Assembly: GCA_963934255.1 (NCBI GenBank)
Contig: CAWVXU010000016.1
Location: forward strand, 1-38,724
Direction: 5' to 3'
DNA length: 38,724 nt
DNA from: an uncultured Fibrobacterales bacterium
GTDB lineage: Bacteria > Fibrobacterota > Fibrobacteria > Fibrobacterales > CAWVXU01
A program made the position numbers and the translations under genes. The notes under the pieces are model-generated. The model saw nothing but the letters and a program-made list of their open reading frames with translations, was not told the origin of the DNA and ran no database searches. Position 1 is the stretch's first letter. The number at the start of each line of letters is the position of its first letter. Positions 26,051 through 34,569 of the stretch are shown here, in pieces.

Positions 26051-27535
26051 GTGGTTCAATTTTTCAATCTCTTTGTTTTAGATATTTTCATGGTGCTCTA
26101 TACGATGTGTGCTATGCTGCTTTTTATCTATGGAATCAATTCTTATCATTCAATCTATTTGTTTTTAAAGCATCGTAAAAAGACTGTGACTCGGGATCGA
26201 GAGTTTCTTGCTACGCACCAACTAAAAGATTGGCCTTTAGTTACAACACAGCTGCCTCTTTATAATGAATCAGCTGTGGTCGAGCGTCTCATCAAGGCCA
26301 TTTGTGCGATTGAATACCCACATGGATTACATGAAATTCAAGTACTAGATGACTCAACTGATGGTTCGGAGTTGATATCCAAGGGCATTGTTGATGAAAT
26401 GAGAGCTTTGGGTCATCAAATTAATTGGATTTATAGAAGTGATCGGTCTGAATACAAAGCAGGTGCTTTGAAGGCTGGAATGAATCTAACAGAAGGCGAG
26501 TTTATTGCAATTTTTGATGCTGATTTCATGCCTGAAGCTGATTTTTTGATTAAAACTATCCCGTTTTTAATGGAGAATTCGACATTAGCCTTAGTACAAG
26601 GTCGTTGGGGGCATGTCAATCGTGGCGATAGTTTATTGACATTAGCTCAATCTATTGGGATTGACGGGCACTTTGTGATTGAACAATCTGCTAGGTCTTG
26701 GGGTGATTTGTTTATGAACTTTAACGGTACGGCTGGAATTTGGCGTAAAAGTGCGATTGAAGATGCAGGCAATTGGCAAGGTGATACGCTGACTGAAGAC
26801 ATGGATCTAAGTTATCGAGCTCAGTTGAGAGGTTGGAAAATGAAGTTTCTTTATGACATTATTGTACCAGCTGAATTGCCAGATGATATTAATGCTTTTA
26901 AAAGTCAACAATACCGCTGGGCCAAGGGGTCTATACAGACAGCCAAGAAGGTTCTTCCACAAGTGTTTAGAGGTGACTTTAGCCTTCGAGTTAAATGGCA
27001 GGCTCTCATGCATACCACGCACTATATGATTCATCCTTTGATGCTGAGTACGGCTATTTTATCTTTACCCTTATTGACGTGGTATCGTTATAGTTTACCT
27101 AGCTTCATGATTTGGTTTATTGTAGTGACTATTTTTATTGCTTCAGTGGCTCCTTCTGTACTTTATTTTGTTGCCCAACGCTTTTCTCAGTCGGAAGGGT
27201 GGAAAAAAAGAGTCCTTGTTTTTCCTATTTTAATGAGTTTAGGTACGGGAATTGCCATAAATAATTCAAAAGCAGTGTTTTCTGCTCTTTTGGGGCGGAA
27301 ATCAAGCTTTGTACGAACACCAAAAAAAGGTGATCAGAAGTTTGTCAAGACCTCTATTAATTTCCCATTAATTGCCATTATTGAGTTAACTCTAGGAGTC
27401 TACTGTGCCATATCTTCTCAGATTTATTTCACAAGTGATAAATATCTCGTGGGTCCTTTTTTAATCCTCTATGCAATTGGGTTTTTATGGGTAGGAACAC
27501 TCTCTATTCTCCATTTTAGTCGCCAAAAAGCCTAG
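26051..27535 (+). CDS. Membrane GT2 glycosyltransferase (cellulose-synthase-like family)
   Basis: QLPLYNE, VLDDS, YKAGAL, IFDADF, FNGTAG, TEDMDL and QQYRW (D,D,D,QxxRW); N- and C-terminal TMs. Confidence 0.92.
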   Translation: MVQFFNLFVLDIFMVLYTMCAMLLFIYGINSYHSIYLFLKHRKKTVTRDREFLATHQLKDWPLVTTQLPLYNESAVVERLIKAICAIEYPHGLHEIQVLDDSTDGSELISKGIVDEMRALGHQINWIYRSDRSEYKAGALKAGMNLTEGEFIAIFDADFMPEADFLIKTIPFLMENSTLALVQGRWGHVNRGDSLLTLAQSIGIDGHFVIEQSARSWGDLFMNFNGTAGIWRKSAIEDAGNWQGDTLTEDMDLSYRAQLRGWKMKFLYDIIVPAELPDDINAFKSQQYRWAKGSIQTAKKVLPQVFRGDFSLRVKWQALMHTTHYMIHPLMLSTAILSLPLLTWYRYSLPSFMIWFIVVTIFIASVAPSVLYFVAQRFSQSEGWKKRVLVFPILMSLGTGIAINNSKAVFSALLGRKSSFVRTPKKGDQKFVKTSINFPLIAIIELTLGVYCAISSQIYFTSDKYLVGPFLILYAIGFLWVGTLSILHFSRQKA

Positions 27536-27585
27536 TGTATTTATTATATTTGGAAATGAAAAGAATAAATTTATGGGAACATAAA

Positions 27586-28521
27586 ATGAAAAAAAAATTT
27601 GCTTTAATCTTGACTCTTGTAGGCTTCTCTTTATTGGCTTCAGCCTGTGGCTCTTCTGATATTGATTTGGATAATATTCCAAATAAGCTTGATGAATGTC
27701 CTCAAGAAGCTGAAGACTATGATGGTTACAAAGATAACGATGGTTGTCCTGACCTAGATAATGATTCCGATGGTGTTCCTGATACTCAAGACCAATGTAT
27801 CTTTGATCCAGAAGACCGTGATGGCTTTAACGACCAAGATGGTTGTCCTGATAATGATAATGATGGCGACAAAATGCCTGACAACAAAGATAAATGTCCA
27901 AATGAACCAGAAGACCGTGATGGCTTCAAAGATGCTGATGGTTGTCCTGACCCTGATAATGATGGTGATGGTGTTCTAGATGTCAATGATAAGTGTCCAA
28001 TTGACAAAGAAGATATGGATAATTTTGAAGATACTGATGGTTGTCCTGAATTTGATAATGACGGCGATGGTATCAAAGACAAATTCGATATATGTCCGCT
28101 ACAACCTGAAAATGTGAATGGCAAAGAAGATGATGATGGCTGTCCTGATAGAGCTCGTGCTCCGTTACCAGAACAATTTGAGTTGGTGATATTGTTTAAT
28201 TCTGGGACTGATGAACTGACTTATAACTCAAAGGTTAAATTAGAAGAGGATATCGTAAAGACTCTCTCTATTTACCCTGAACACCAGTTACTAGTCTACC
28301 TCTACATGCCTCGTATTGAATTAGACTTACCAGAATACTTACTGTTAATTAACAATCGTTCATCAGCTCTAGCAAATTACCTTTATTCTAAAGGAATTAG
28401 AGAGAATCAACTTCGGATTCGTACAATTACAGAAGAGCTTTACTTGAAATTTGAAAATAAATCTGAGGATTTCAATCAAAACAAAAAAGTGAAATTTGTT
28501 CGTAAGACGATTAAAAAATAA
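27586..28521 (+). CDS. Lipoprotein with thrombospondin type 3-like repeats and a degenerate OmpA-like C-terminus
   Basis: MKKKFALILTLVGFSLLASA-C lipobox; five 33-aa repeats; ILFNSGTDEL...YLYSKGIRENQL...NKKVKF. Confidence 0.82.
   Translation: MKKKFALILTLVGFSLLASACGSSDIDLDNIPNKLDECPQEAEDYDGYKDNDGCPDLDNDSDGVPDTQDQCIFDPEDRDGFNDQDGCPDNDNDGDKMPDNKDKCPNEPEDRDGFKDADGCPDPDNDGDGVLDVNDKCPIDKEDMDNFEDTDGCPEFDNDGDGIKDKFDICPLQPENVNGKEDDDGCPDRARAPLPEQFELVILFNSGTDELTYNSKVKLEEDIVKTLSIYPEHQLLVYLYMPRIELDLPEYLLLINNRSSALANYLYSKGIRENQLRIRTITEELYLKFENKSEDFNQNKKVKFVRKTIKK
27658..28152 (+). repeat. Five tandem 99-bp (33-aa) coding repeats
   Basis: Consensus DNDGDGxPDxxDxCPxxxEDxDGFxDxDGCPD; GATGGTTGTCCTGA-like motif recurs every 99 bp. 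Confidence 0.92.
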
Positions 28522-28545
28522 GTTGAAATGATTCAATAATTTCAA

Positions 28546-28590
28546 AATACAAAAGAGGCTAACTCATTGTGAGTTAGCCTCTTTTGTATT
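28546..28590. terminator. Bidirectional terminator between convergent genes
   Basis: 21-bp perfect inverted repeat AATACAAAAGAGGCTAACTCA-TTG-TGAGTTAGCCTCTTTTGTATT. Confidence 0.9.
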
Positions 28591-28609
28591 AAAAAATAAA
28601 CTGAATATT

Positions 28610-29590
28610 TTAATAAGGAATATGAACAAGTGTTTTGTTTGCCTTACCTTGTATCTCTCGAACTACTTTAGGGCAAAGATATCCAGGCAGCTTACTCTGA
28701 ATCTCTTTATAAATCGCCAATGCCTTAGAGTCTGAAATTTCAAAGTGTTGGACTCCTTCAACTCGATCTAATAAATTCAAATAATAGGGTAATACACCTT
28801 GATCAAATAGCTTATGTGAAAGGTTAATTAGAGTAGTTGCCTTATCATTCACATCTTTTAAGAATACAGTTTGATTGAGTAATGTCCACGAATTTACTTT
28901 CCACAAAGCCAACGCATTTTTTGTTTGTTCATCAAGTTCATTGGCATGATTAACGTGTGCTACAATAACTTTATTGCCCTTGAATTTATTGAAAATATTT
29001 AAAAGTTCCTTGGTGGAAATTGATGGACTGGTAGTGAGGCTTCTCGAGTGAATTCTTAGTGTTTTAATATGCTCAATTTTAATTATTTCATCAACAAGCT
29101 GCTCCAATCGTGCTTGGCTCAAACTCAGGGGGTCACCACCTGATAAAATGAGTTCAGATATACTCGTGTCGGCTTTCACCAATTCAAGGCTTTGCACAAG
29201 TTGTTGGTGTGTCTTAGGAGAATCATTGTAAGGGAAGTGTTTACGAAAACAATACCTGCAATGAAGTGCGCAGCTACCGGTTGTTATTAATAAAGCTCGG
29301 CCACTGTACTTGTGGATAAGCCCCGGTGCAATAGTGGCGGCTAGATCACCTACAGCGTCTTTACTCCAATTTAATTCCGGAGCGTTCAACTCTTCTTTGC
29401 GGGGCAATACTTGAAGAAGAAGTGGGTCTTTGGGGTTTCCTTTTTCAATTTTATCTAACCAGTGGCGGGGTATTAATAAAGGGAAATTTGGAGTCAAGGG
29501 GATGGCATTGGCGTCAAGACCAAGTTTTTGAGCAATGTCAATGACTCTATGAACCGATGTTGACTGACTTTTTGCTACATTTTCTGTCAT
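28610..29590 (-). CDS. epmB: EF-P beta-lysylation lysine 2,3-aminomutase (radical SAM)
   Basis: DPLLLQVLP, GLIHKYSGR, CALHCRYCFRKHFPY, ILSGGDPL, LRIHSR; divergent from efp; start ATG 29590. Confidence 0.93.
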   Translation of the reverse strand: MTENVAKSQSTSVHRVIDIAQKLGLDANAIPLTPNFPLLIPRHWLDKIEKGNPKDPLLLQVLPRKEELNAPELNWSKDAVGDLAATIAPGLIHKYSGRALLITTGSCALHCRYCFRKHFPYNDSPKTHQQLVQSLELVKADTSISELILSGGDPLSLSQARLEQLVDEIIKIEHIKTLRIHSRSLTTSPSISTKELLNIFNKFKGNKVIVAHVNHANELDEQTKNALALWKVNSWTLLNQTVFLKDVNDKATTLINLSHKLFDQGVLPYYLNLLDRVEGVQHFEISDSKALAIYKEIQSKLPGYLCPKVVREIQGKANKTLVHIPY

Positions 29591-29618
29591 TGAAAAACCT
29601 CTAAAATGGATGTGATAT

Positions 29619-30191
29619 ATGGCTCTAGGACATACAGACCTACGCAAAAGAACAAAAATCTTAATTGATGGTCAACCTCATATTATTCAAGATGCTGATT
29701 TTGTTAAGCCTGGCAAAGGCCAAGCCTTCACTCGCGTAAAGATTAAAAACTTAATAACAGGTAAAATATTCGATAGAACCTATAAGTCAAATGAATCTGC
29801 TATTGAATGTGATGTCACTCAATCTGCAATGCAGTATCTTTATAATGACTCTTCTGTATGGACCTTCATGGATATGGAGTCTTTCGAGCAAGTTGAAGTT
29901 GAAAAGGTTGCAATGGGTGGTGCTGAGAATTTCCTTCTTGATAGCATGATGTGTAATGTGATGATGTGGGAAGGCCGTGTACTAGAGATAGAACCGCCTA
30001 ACTTTGTAGATCTCCTCATTACAGACGCTCCTCCGGGAGTAAAAGGCGATACAGCTACAAATGTTCTTCGCCCTGCAATTTTAGAGACTGGCTTTGAAAT
30101 CGGTATCCCACTATTTATTGATCAAGGTACTCGTATCAAAGTGGATACAAGAACTGGTGAGTATGTTGAACGCTCAAAGATTGAAAAGTAA
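29619..30191 (+). CDS. efp: Elongation factor P
   Basis: FVKPGKGQAF loop, PGVKGDT, KVDTRTGEYVER. Confidence 0.98.
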   Translation: MALGHTDLRKRTKILIDGQPHIIQDADFVKPGKGQAFTRVKIKNLITGKIFDRTYKSNESAIECDVTQSAMQYLYNDSSVWTFMDMESFEQVEVEKVAMGGAENFLLDSMMCNVMMWEGRVLEIEPPNFVDLLITDAPPGVKGDTATNVLRPAILETGFEIGIPLFIDQGTRIKVDTRTGEYVERSKIEK

Positions 30192-30198
30192 ACTTTTC

Positions 30199-31185
30199 AT
30201 GAACAGCAAGCTTCAAGCTGCAATTAAACGCGCGGACCTTATGTCAATCATAAGGTCCTTTTTTACAGAGAAGGGAGTCCTAGAAGTAGAGACTCCTTTG
30301 TTGTCAAGAGCCTCAGGTATGGACCCTTGGATAGATGTTTTTGAAACTCAAAATTTCGTTGATGGCGTTGAAGCAAGCCAAATTAAAAAACAATCACTTT
30401 ATCTAAATACGAGTCCTGAATTTCACATGAAGAGGTTATTGTGTGAGGGATTCCCTGATTGCTTTCAGATTTCAAAAGCGTTTAGGTGCGGTGAAACGGG
30501 CCCACGACATCAGTGGGAATTCACAATTTTAGAGTGGTATCGACTTGGTTATGATTCAATTAGTCTTCAAGCTGAAGTCGAGCAACTTTTGGTGCTCGTT
30601 GGATTTAGTTTACCGGCTCTAAAGATCACTTGGCGTGAGTTATATCAGAATAATTGTCATTTCGATCCAATTCATGTGTCAATTGAGGATTTAGAAAAGT
30701 TTATTGAGGCGCAAAATTTAGCACCCCTCAATCGCTCTCAATCTGAGAACTCCTTTGAATTTAAAGAATCACTTTTAGACTATATATTGGTTTCTATCAT
30801 TGAACCCAAGCTAGGATTTGAGGGACCTTTGTGGGTGGAGAAATATCCTGCTCACCAAGCCGCACTTGCTAAGACTTGGATAGATGATGAAGGTTTGGCT
30901 TGGGCTCATAGGTTTGAACTCTATATTGAGGGCGTGGAGCTTGCTAATGGCTATTGGGAGTTGACTGACGTTCACGATCAACGGTCTCGTTTTAAAGCCG
31001 ATCAAACCAAAAGGCTTGAGCTTGCAAAACGGCCTTTAAAAATTGATGAAGAATTTTTATCAGCCTTAGATGAAGGCCTGCCCGATTGCAGTGGTATTGC
31101 AATAGGTTTGGATCGACTTTTAATGTTGAAGACCCAATCTTCAGTAATCCAGGATGTTTTATTGTTTCACAATGACAACTGTTAG
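30199..31185 (+). CDS. epmA: EF-P lysine aminoacylase (GenX/PoxA)
   Basis: LEVETP, LNTSPEFHMKRLL, EFTILEWY, ELANGY, CSGIAIGLDRL; no anticodon-binding domain; start ATG 30199. Confidence 0.94.
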   Translation: MNSKLQAAIKRADLMSIIRSFFTEKGVLEVETPLLSRASGMDPWIDVFETQNFVDGVEASQIKKQSLYLNTSPEFHMKRLLCEGFPDCFQISKAFRCGETGPRHQWEFTILEWYRLGYDSISLQAEVEQLLVLVGFSLPALKITWRELYQNNCHFDPIHVSIEDLEKFIEAQNLAPLNRSQSENSFEFKESLLDYILVSIIEPKLGFEGPLWVEKYPAHQAALAKTWIDDEGLAWAHRFELYIEGVELANGYWELTDVHDQRSRFKADQTKRLELAKRPLKIDEEFLSALDEGLPDCSGIAIGLDRLLMLKTQSSVIQDVLLFHNDNC

Positions 31186-31205
31186 TTGAATTAGATTTAT
31201 TAGTC

Positions 31206-31239
31206 AAAAAAAAGAGGCTGTATTTTTACAACCTCTTTT
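31206..31239 (-). terminator. Terminator between convergent epmA and hisB
   Basis: Minus strand AAAAGAGGTTGTA-AAAA-TACAGCCTC-T8. Confidence 0.8.
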
Positions 31240-31265
31240 CTAATGGTTAAAATCTAACACTCATA

Positions 31266-31850
31266 TTATAAAGCGTCTTTTGAGCTAGGGATACCTTTAA
31301 TTCGAAGTGAAGGGCTGATCGCCATAGCAGTTGCACGAGCAAAGGCCTTGAAGAGCCCTTCAATCATATGGTGAGTATTTTCACCACGGATTATATCAAG
31401 GTGGAGGTTCATCTGAGCATGCTCTGCTACTGAATGAAAAAAATGTTTAACAAGTTCAGTATCTAAATTACCTATGCGAGTTTGTTTGTACTCTGCATCA
31501 TAAGCAAACCCATATCGGCCACTAAAGTCAAGGCAAGCACGAGCTAAAGTTTCATCCATTGTAACATAGTAGAAGCCATAACGCTCGATCCCTTTTTTGT
31601 CACCTACACACTCTTTGAGTGCTTGACCAAAACAAATGGCAATATCTTCACAACTATGGTGCATATCAATCCAAGTATCACCCTCACAAATAACCTCTAA
31701 GGCAATTCCTGAATGCATTTGAAATAGGTCTAACATATGGTCTAAAAACCCAGAGCCGGTTTTGATTTCACCACGTTCAAATTCATCAAAGTTCATTCTT
31801 AAGCTGATATTTGTTTCTCTAGTCTTACGTTGGATTTCTGATTTACGCAT
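31266..31850 (-). CDS. hisB: Imidazoleglycerol-phosphate dehydratase (monofunctional)
   Basis: RKTRETNI, FLDHML, DMHHSCED, MDETL, NTHHMIEGLFKAF. Confidence 0.97.
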   Translation of the reverse strand: MRKSEIQRKTRETNISLRMNFDEFERGEIKTGSGFLDHMLDLFQMHSGIALEVICEGDTWIDMHHSCEDIAICFGQALKECVGDKKGIERYGFYYVTMDETLARACLDFSGRYGFAYDAEYKQTRIGNLDTELVKHFFHSVAEHAQMNLHLDIIRGENTHHMIEGLFKAFARATAMAISPSLRIKGIPSSKDAL

Positions 31851-32064
31851 CTGTTTCCTCTTGCGGAGTCATGGGTGAAGAATACTGACGTTTGATTTTG
31901 GATTCCATATCATAACGTTCTGTAAGTTTGAGAGCAAAGCTATCGAGTTTTTTTTCAAAATCATTAATGCTAATAGATATTGTGGAAAACAATACGAAGA
32001 CAACGAGTAGAAAGACCATATAAATTCCAATGGCAAACATTAATTCGTTATTGACATCATTCAT
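31843..32064 (-). CDS. Small single-TM hypothetical protein
   Basis: 73 aa with one hydrophobic helix; overlaps both neighbouring genes, which suggests translational coupling. Confidence 0.7.
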   Translation of the reverse strand: MNDVNNELMFAIGIYMVFLLVVFVLFSTISISINDFEKKLDSFALKLTERYDMESKIKRQYSSPMTPQEETDA

Positions 32065-32960
32065 TATTTAACCAACTTGCCATTATAGATTTTGTGCAAT
32101 GATTGTGTTACTTTGGTTAACTGCCCATTGAGTTTTAAATTCAAAATTTCTGGTTGACCTATTTCCAAGCTGATGGTGTCAAGGCGACTAAGATACTGAG
32201 GCTTTTGGCCTTTTCTCAACCATATTGCAAATTGTTTGGACCCTTTTGCATTCACTGAAATCCAGGTTGAGTCTTTTGTCGTGCTGAGGCTTAAAAGTGT
32301 TTTAACTGACTTTGAAACAGTTCTTGTCTTACCACTCCCTGATTTAAGGCCCTTTATTGAATCTTTTTTGATTAATGCCAGGCGATCTAAATTTTTAATG
32401 ATAGAGTCTTGTTTAAGTGAGTCTTTTTGGATGAGAGATTCTGTTTTGTTAGAATCAGCGGTGTTTTGTGCCCCCGTAACCGCTGATGTTTGGCTCTTGT
32501 CCGCAGGTTCAATCCACTTCTGGCTAAGAAAGTTCATCAACTGTGCAGCGCCAAACAAACCAATAATCACGACTAAAAGAATTACCACCTTGCCTTTTTG
32601 TAAGGTTTGCGTGTCATGAGGCTGATCATTCACAATTTTAATAACATGATCTAAATCGTGAGGGACTTCTTGTTTGGTTTCTTTGAGATACCAAGTAAGA
32701 ATTTTTTCTTCGCTGAGTTGTAAACGCTTAGCAATTGACTTCAGGTAAGCGCGAACATAAGTATCACCCGGCAGTTGAGCATAGTTTCCCTGCTCTAAAT
32801 AAGTGAGATATTCATCAGTCATGCGATTTTCACGTGCTAAATCACCGAGCTCAATTTGTTTGGCTTCACGAGCTCTTTTGATGTAATCACCTAGAGTCAG
32901 CTTTTCATTTTCCAATTTTGGATTGTTATCCGAGGGATTGGGATTTTTTGTTTGGCTCAT
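32064..32960 (-). CDS. RodZ-like protein (XRE HTH, TM, periplasmic domain)
   Basis: LGDYIKRAREAK, LEQGNYAQLPGDTYVRAYLKSIA, a single TM, and C-terminal TWISV...LEIGQPEILNLKLNG. Confidence 0.85.
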   Translation of the reverse strand: MSQTKNPNPSDNNPKLENEKLTLGDYIKRAREAKQIELGDLARENRMTDEYLTYLEQGNYAQLPGDTYVRAYLKSIAKRLQLSEEKILTWYLKETKQEVPHDLDHVIKIVNDQPHDTQTLQKGKVVILLVVIIGLFGAAQLMNFLSQKWIEPADKSQTSAVTGAQNTADSNKTESLIQKDSLKQDSIIKNLDRLALIKKDSIKGLKSGSGKTRTVSKSVKTLLSLSTTKDSTWISVNAKGSKQFAIWLRKGQKPQYLSRLDTISLEIGQPEILNLKLNGQLTKVTQSLHKIYNGKLVK

Positions 32961-33513
32961 AATCTTCAGTTCTTAAAATTTCTTTGAGTGTAAAAATAGG
33001 TAATCCAACGACATTATTAAAACATCCATTGATTTTTCTCACGAGAAAAGCCCCTTGTCCTTGAATAGCATAGCTACCAGCTTTACCAAAAGGCTCTTTT
33101 GTATCAATATAGTTTTGAATTTCAATCAAGCTAAGACTTTTAAAGAAAACTTCAGTTTGTTCGGTGAATTGGTGAATAATTTGATTTCCTTGGCTAATAC
33201 AGACGCCTGTTTCAACAATATGGTTCTTATCAGAGAGGAGTTCTAACATATTTTGAGCATGATTGTAGTCTTTTGGTTTGCCTAGTATCGTATTGTCAAG
33301 TCGTACAATTGTATCTGCCCCAAGAACAAATGCTTTGGGGTGCAGATTACTTATGTGCAGGGATTTTTGACAAGCAATATTTTGAGCGACTGTTTGAACT
33401 GGCCAACTAGGGTCAATGATCTCGTCACAATTTGATGCGATAACTTCAAAGCTTTTCATTAAACTTGAAAGTAATTCTTGACGACGGGGGCTTGCACTAG
33501 CTAAAATCCACAT
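32926..33513 (-). CDS. maf: Maf-family nucleotide pyrophosphatase (YhdE-like)
   Basis: ILASASPRR, VLGADTIV, ILGKP, KAGSYAIQG, NVVGLP; start ATG 33513 (TGATG overlap). Confidence 0.95.
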   Translation of the reverse strand: MWILASASPRRQELLSSLMKSFEVIASNCDEIIDPSWPVQTVAQNIACQKSLHISNLHPKAFVLGADTIVRLDNTILGKPKDYNHAQNMLELLSDKNHIVETGVCISQGNQIIHQFTEQTEVFFKSLSLIEIQNYIDTKEPFGKAGSYAIQGQGAFLVRKINGCFNNVVGLPIFTLKEILRTEDYEPNKKSQSLG

Positions 33514-34505
33514 CAGTTGAATGACCCACCTAGATGAGTGTAATCCCCTATGCTCATGCGTCCTTTTTGTGTTTCGAGATAACACTCTTTTCCGACGATA
33601 GCATTACTGAGTTTAGATGAAATAATTTGAGACTTTTGATCAATTACTGATTCAGAAAGCTGAGAATCTTGAACTTGACAGCCTTTAAACAATGAAAGAT
33701 TCGGACCTAGAGTTGAATTTTTGGCAACAACATCTGCTGATATATGACATGGCTCAATAATAGTACAGTTCTCAAGTTGAGCTGTTGGCGCTACAAAATG
33801 CTGTCCTTTTAGAACTTTTGCATTGGTTGCAAGAAGTGTTTCAGGCCTACCGCAATCTAACCATTCTATAATTGAGGCTGTTTTGAATTCAGTGCCTGAC
33901 TCCATCATAAGAACTAAAGCATCAGTTAGTTGGTATTCACCACGAGTTCTGATATCCTCACGAATTAATTGATCCAAGCTTGATCTTAAGGCTGTTGTGT
34001 CTTTGATCCAATAAATGCCAACCAAAGCTTGATCTGAGACAAACTCGCTCGGCTTTTCAACAAGCTCGGTAATAGTACCAGAAGCGTCAGCTACTGCAAC
34101 ACCAAAGCGTTCAGGATGGTCAACTTGACGAATACATAATGCATTGTGGTCTCGAGATGTTAGTTCATTTAGATCAGCTTCAAATAAAGTATCACCTAAT
34201 ACGATTAAAACTGGCTCATCGTCGCTTAAAAAAGGAGTACAAAGTGAAATTGCTTCACCCAGGCCTTGAGGGTCTTCTTGTTTAACAAAGCGGTGAGGGA
34301 TGTTGAGAGTTCTAACGTATTCTTCCACGAGTTCACTCTTATAGCCCGTGGTAAATATATACTCACTGACATCAAGTGAATCAAAGGACTCTAAAATATG
34401 ACCTAAGATACAATTACCGCCGACAGGTAGTAATGCCTTGGGTAAGAAACAAGTTTGAGGCCTAAGTCTTGTGCCCATTCCGGCAACGGGAAGAATGATT
34501 TTCAT
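33513..34505 (-). CDS. Sugar-phosphate nucleotidyltransferase (long-form glucose-1-phosphate thymidylyltransferase-like)
   Basis: PVAGMGTRLRP, LPKALLPV, LGDT, LVEKP, RGEYQLTDAL, WLDCG; C-terminal hexapeptide repeats. Confidence 0.88.
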   Translation of the reverse strand: MKIILPVAGMGTRLRPQTCFLPKALLPVGGNCILGHILESFDSLDVSEYIFTTGYKSELVEEYVRTLNIPHRFVKQEDPQGLGEAISLCTPFLSDDEPVLIVLGDTLFEADLNELTSRDHNALCIRQVDHPERFGVAVADASGTITELVEKPSEFVSDQALVGIYWIKDTTALRSSLDQLIREDIRTRGEYQLTDALVLMMESGTEFKTASIIEWLDCGRPETLLATNAKVLKGQHFVAPTAQLENCTIIEPCHISADVVAKNSTLGPNLSLFKGCQVQDSQLSESVIDQKSQIISSKLSNAIVGKECYLETQKGRMSIGDYTHLGGSFN

Positions 34506-34569
34506 AGTAGTCCTTTATTTACTTCTAAAATAGCCATTTTTCAAACATTTTGGGATATTCAAATAGGCC

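Noticed and set aside
27658..28152. Periodic DNA repeat as a CRISPR array
   Set aside because: The 99-bp in-frame period with synonymous variation marks a protein repeat; no cas genes are present.
29591..29647. Overlap of epmB and efp 5' ends as given in the ORF track
   Set aside because: Artefact of longest-ORF calling; ATG 29590 is the more plausible start. Similar over-extensions were corrected for trpS, glnA, epmA, maf and others.
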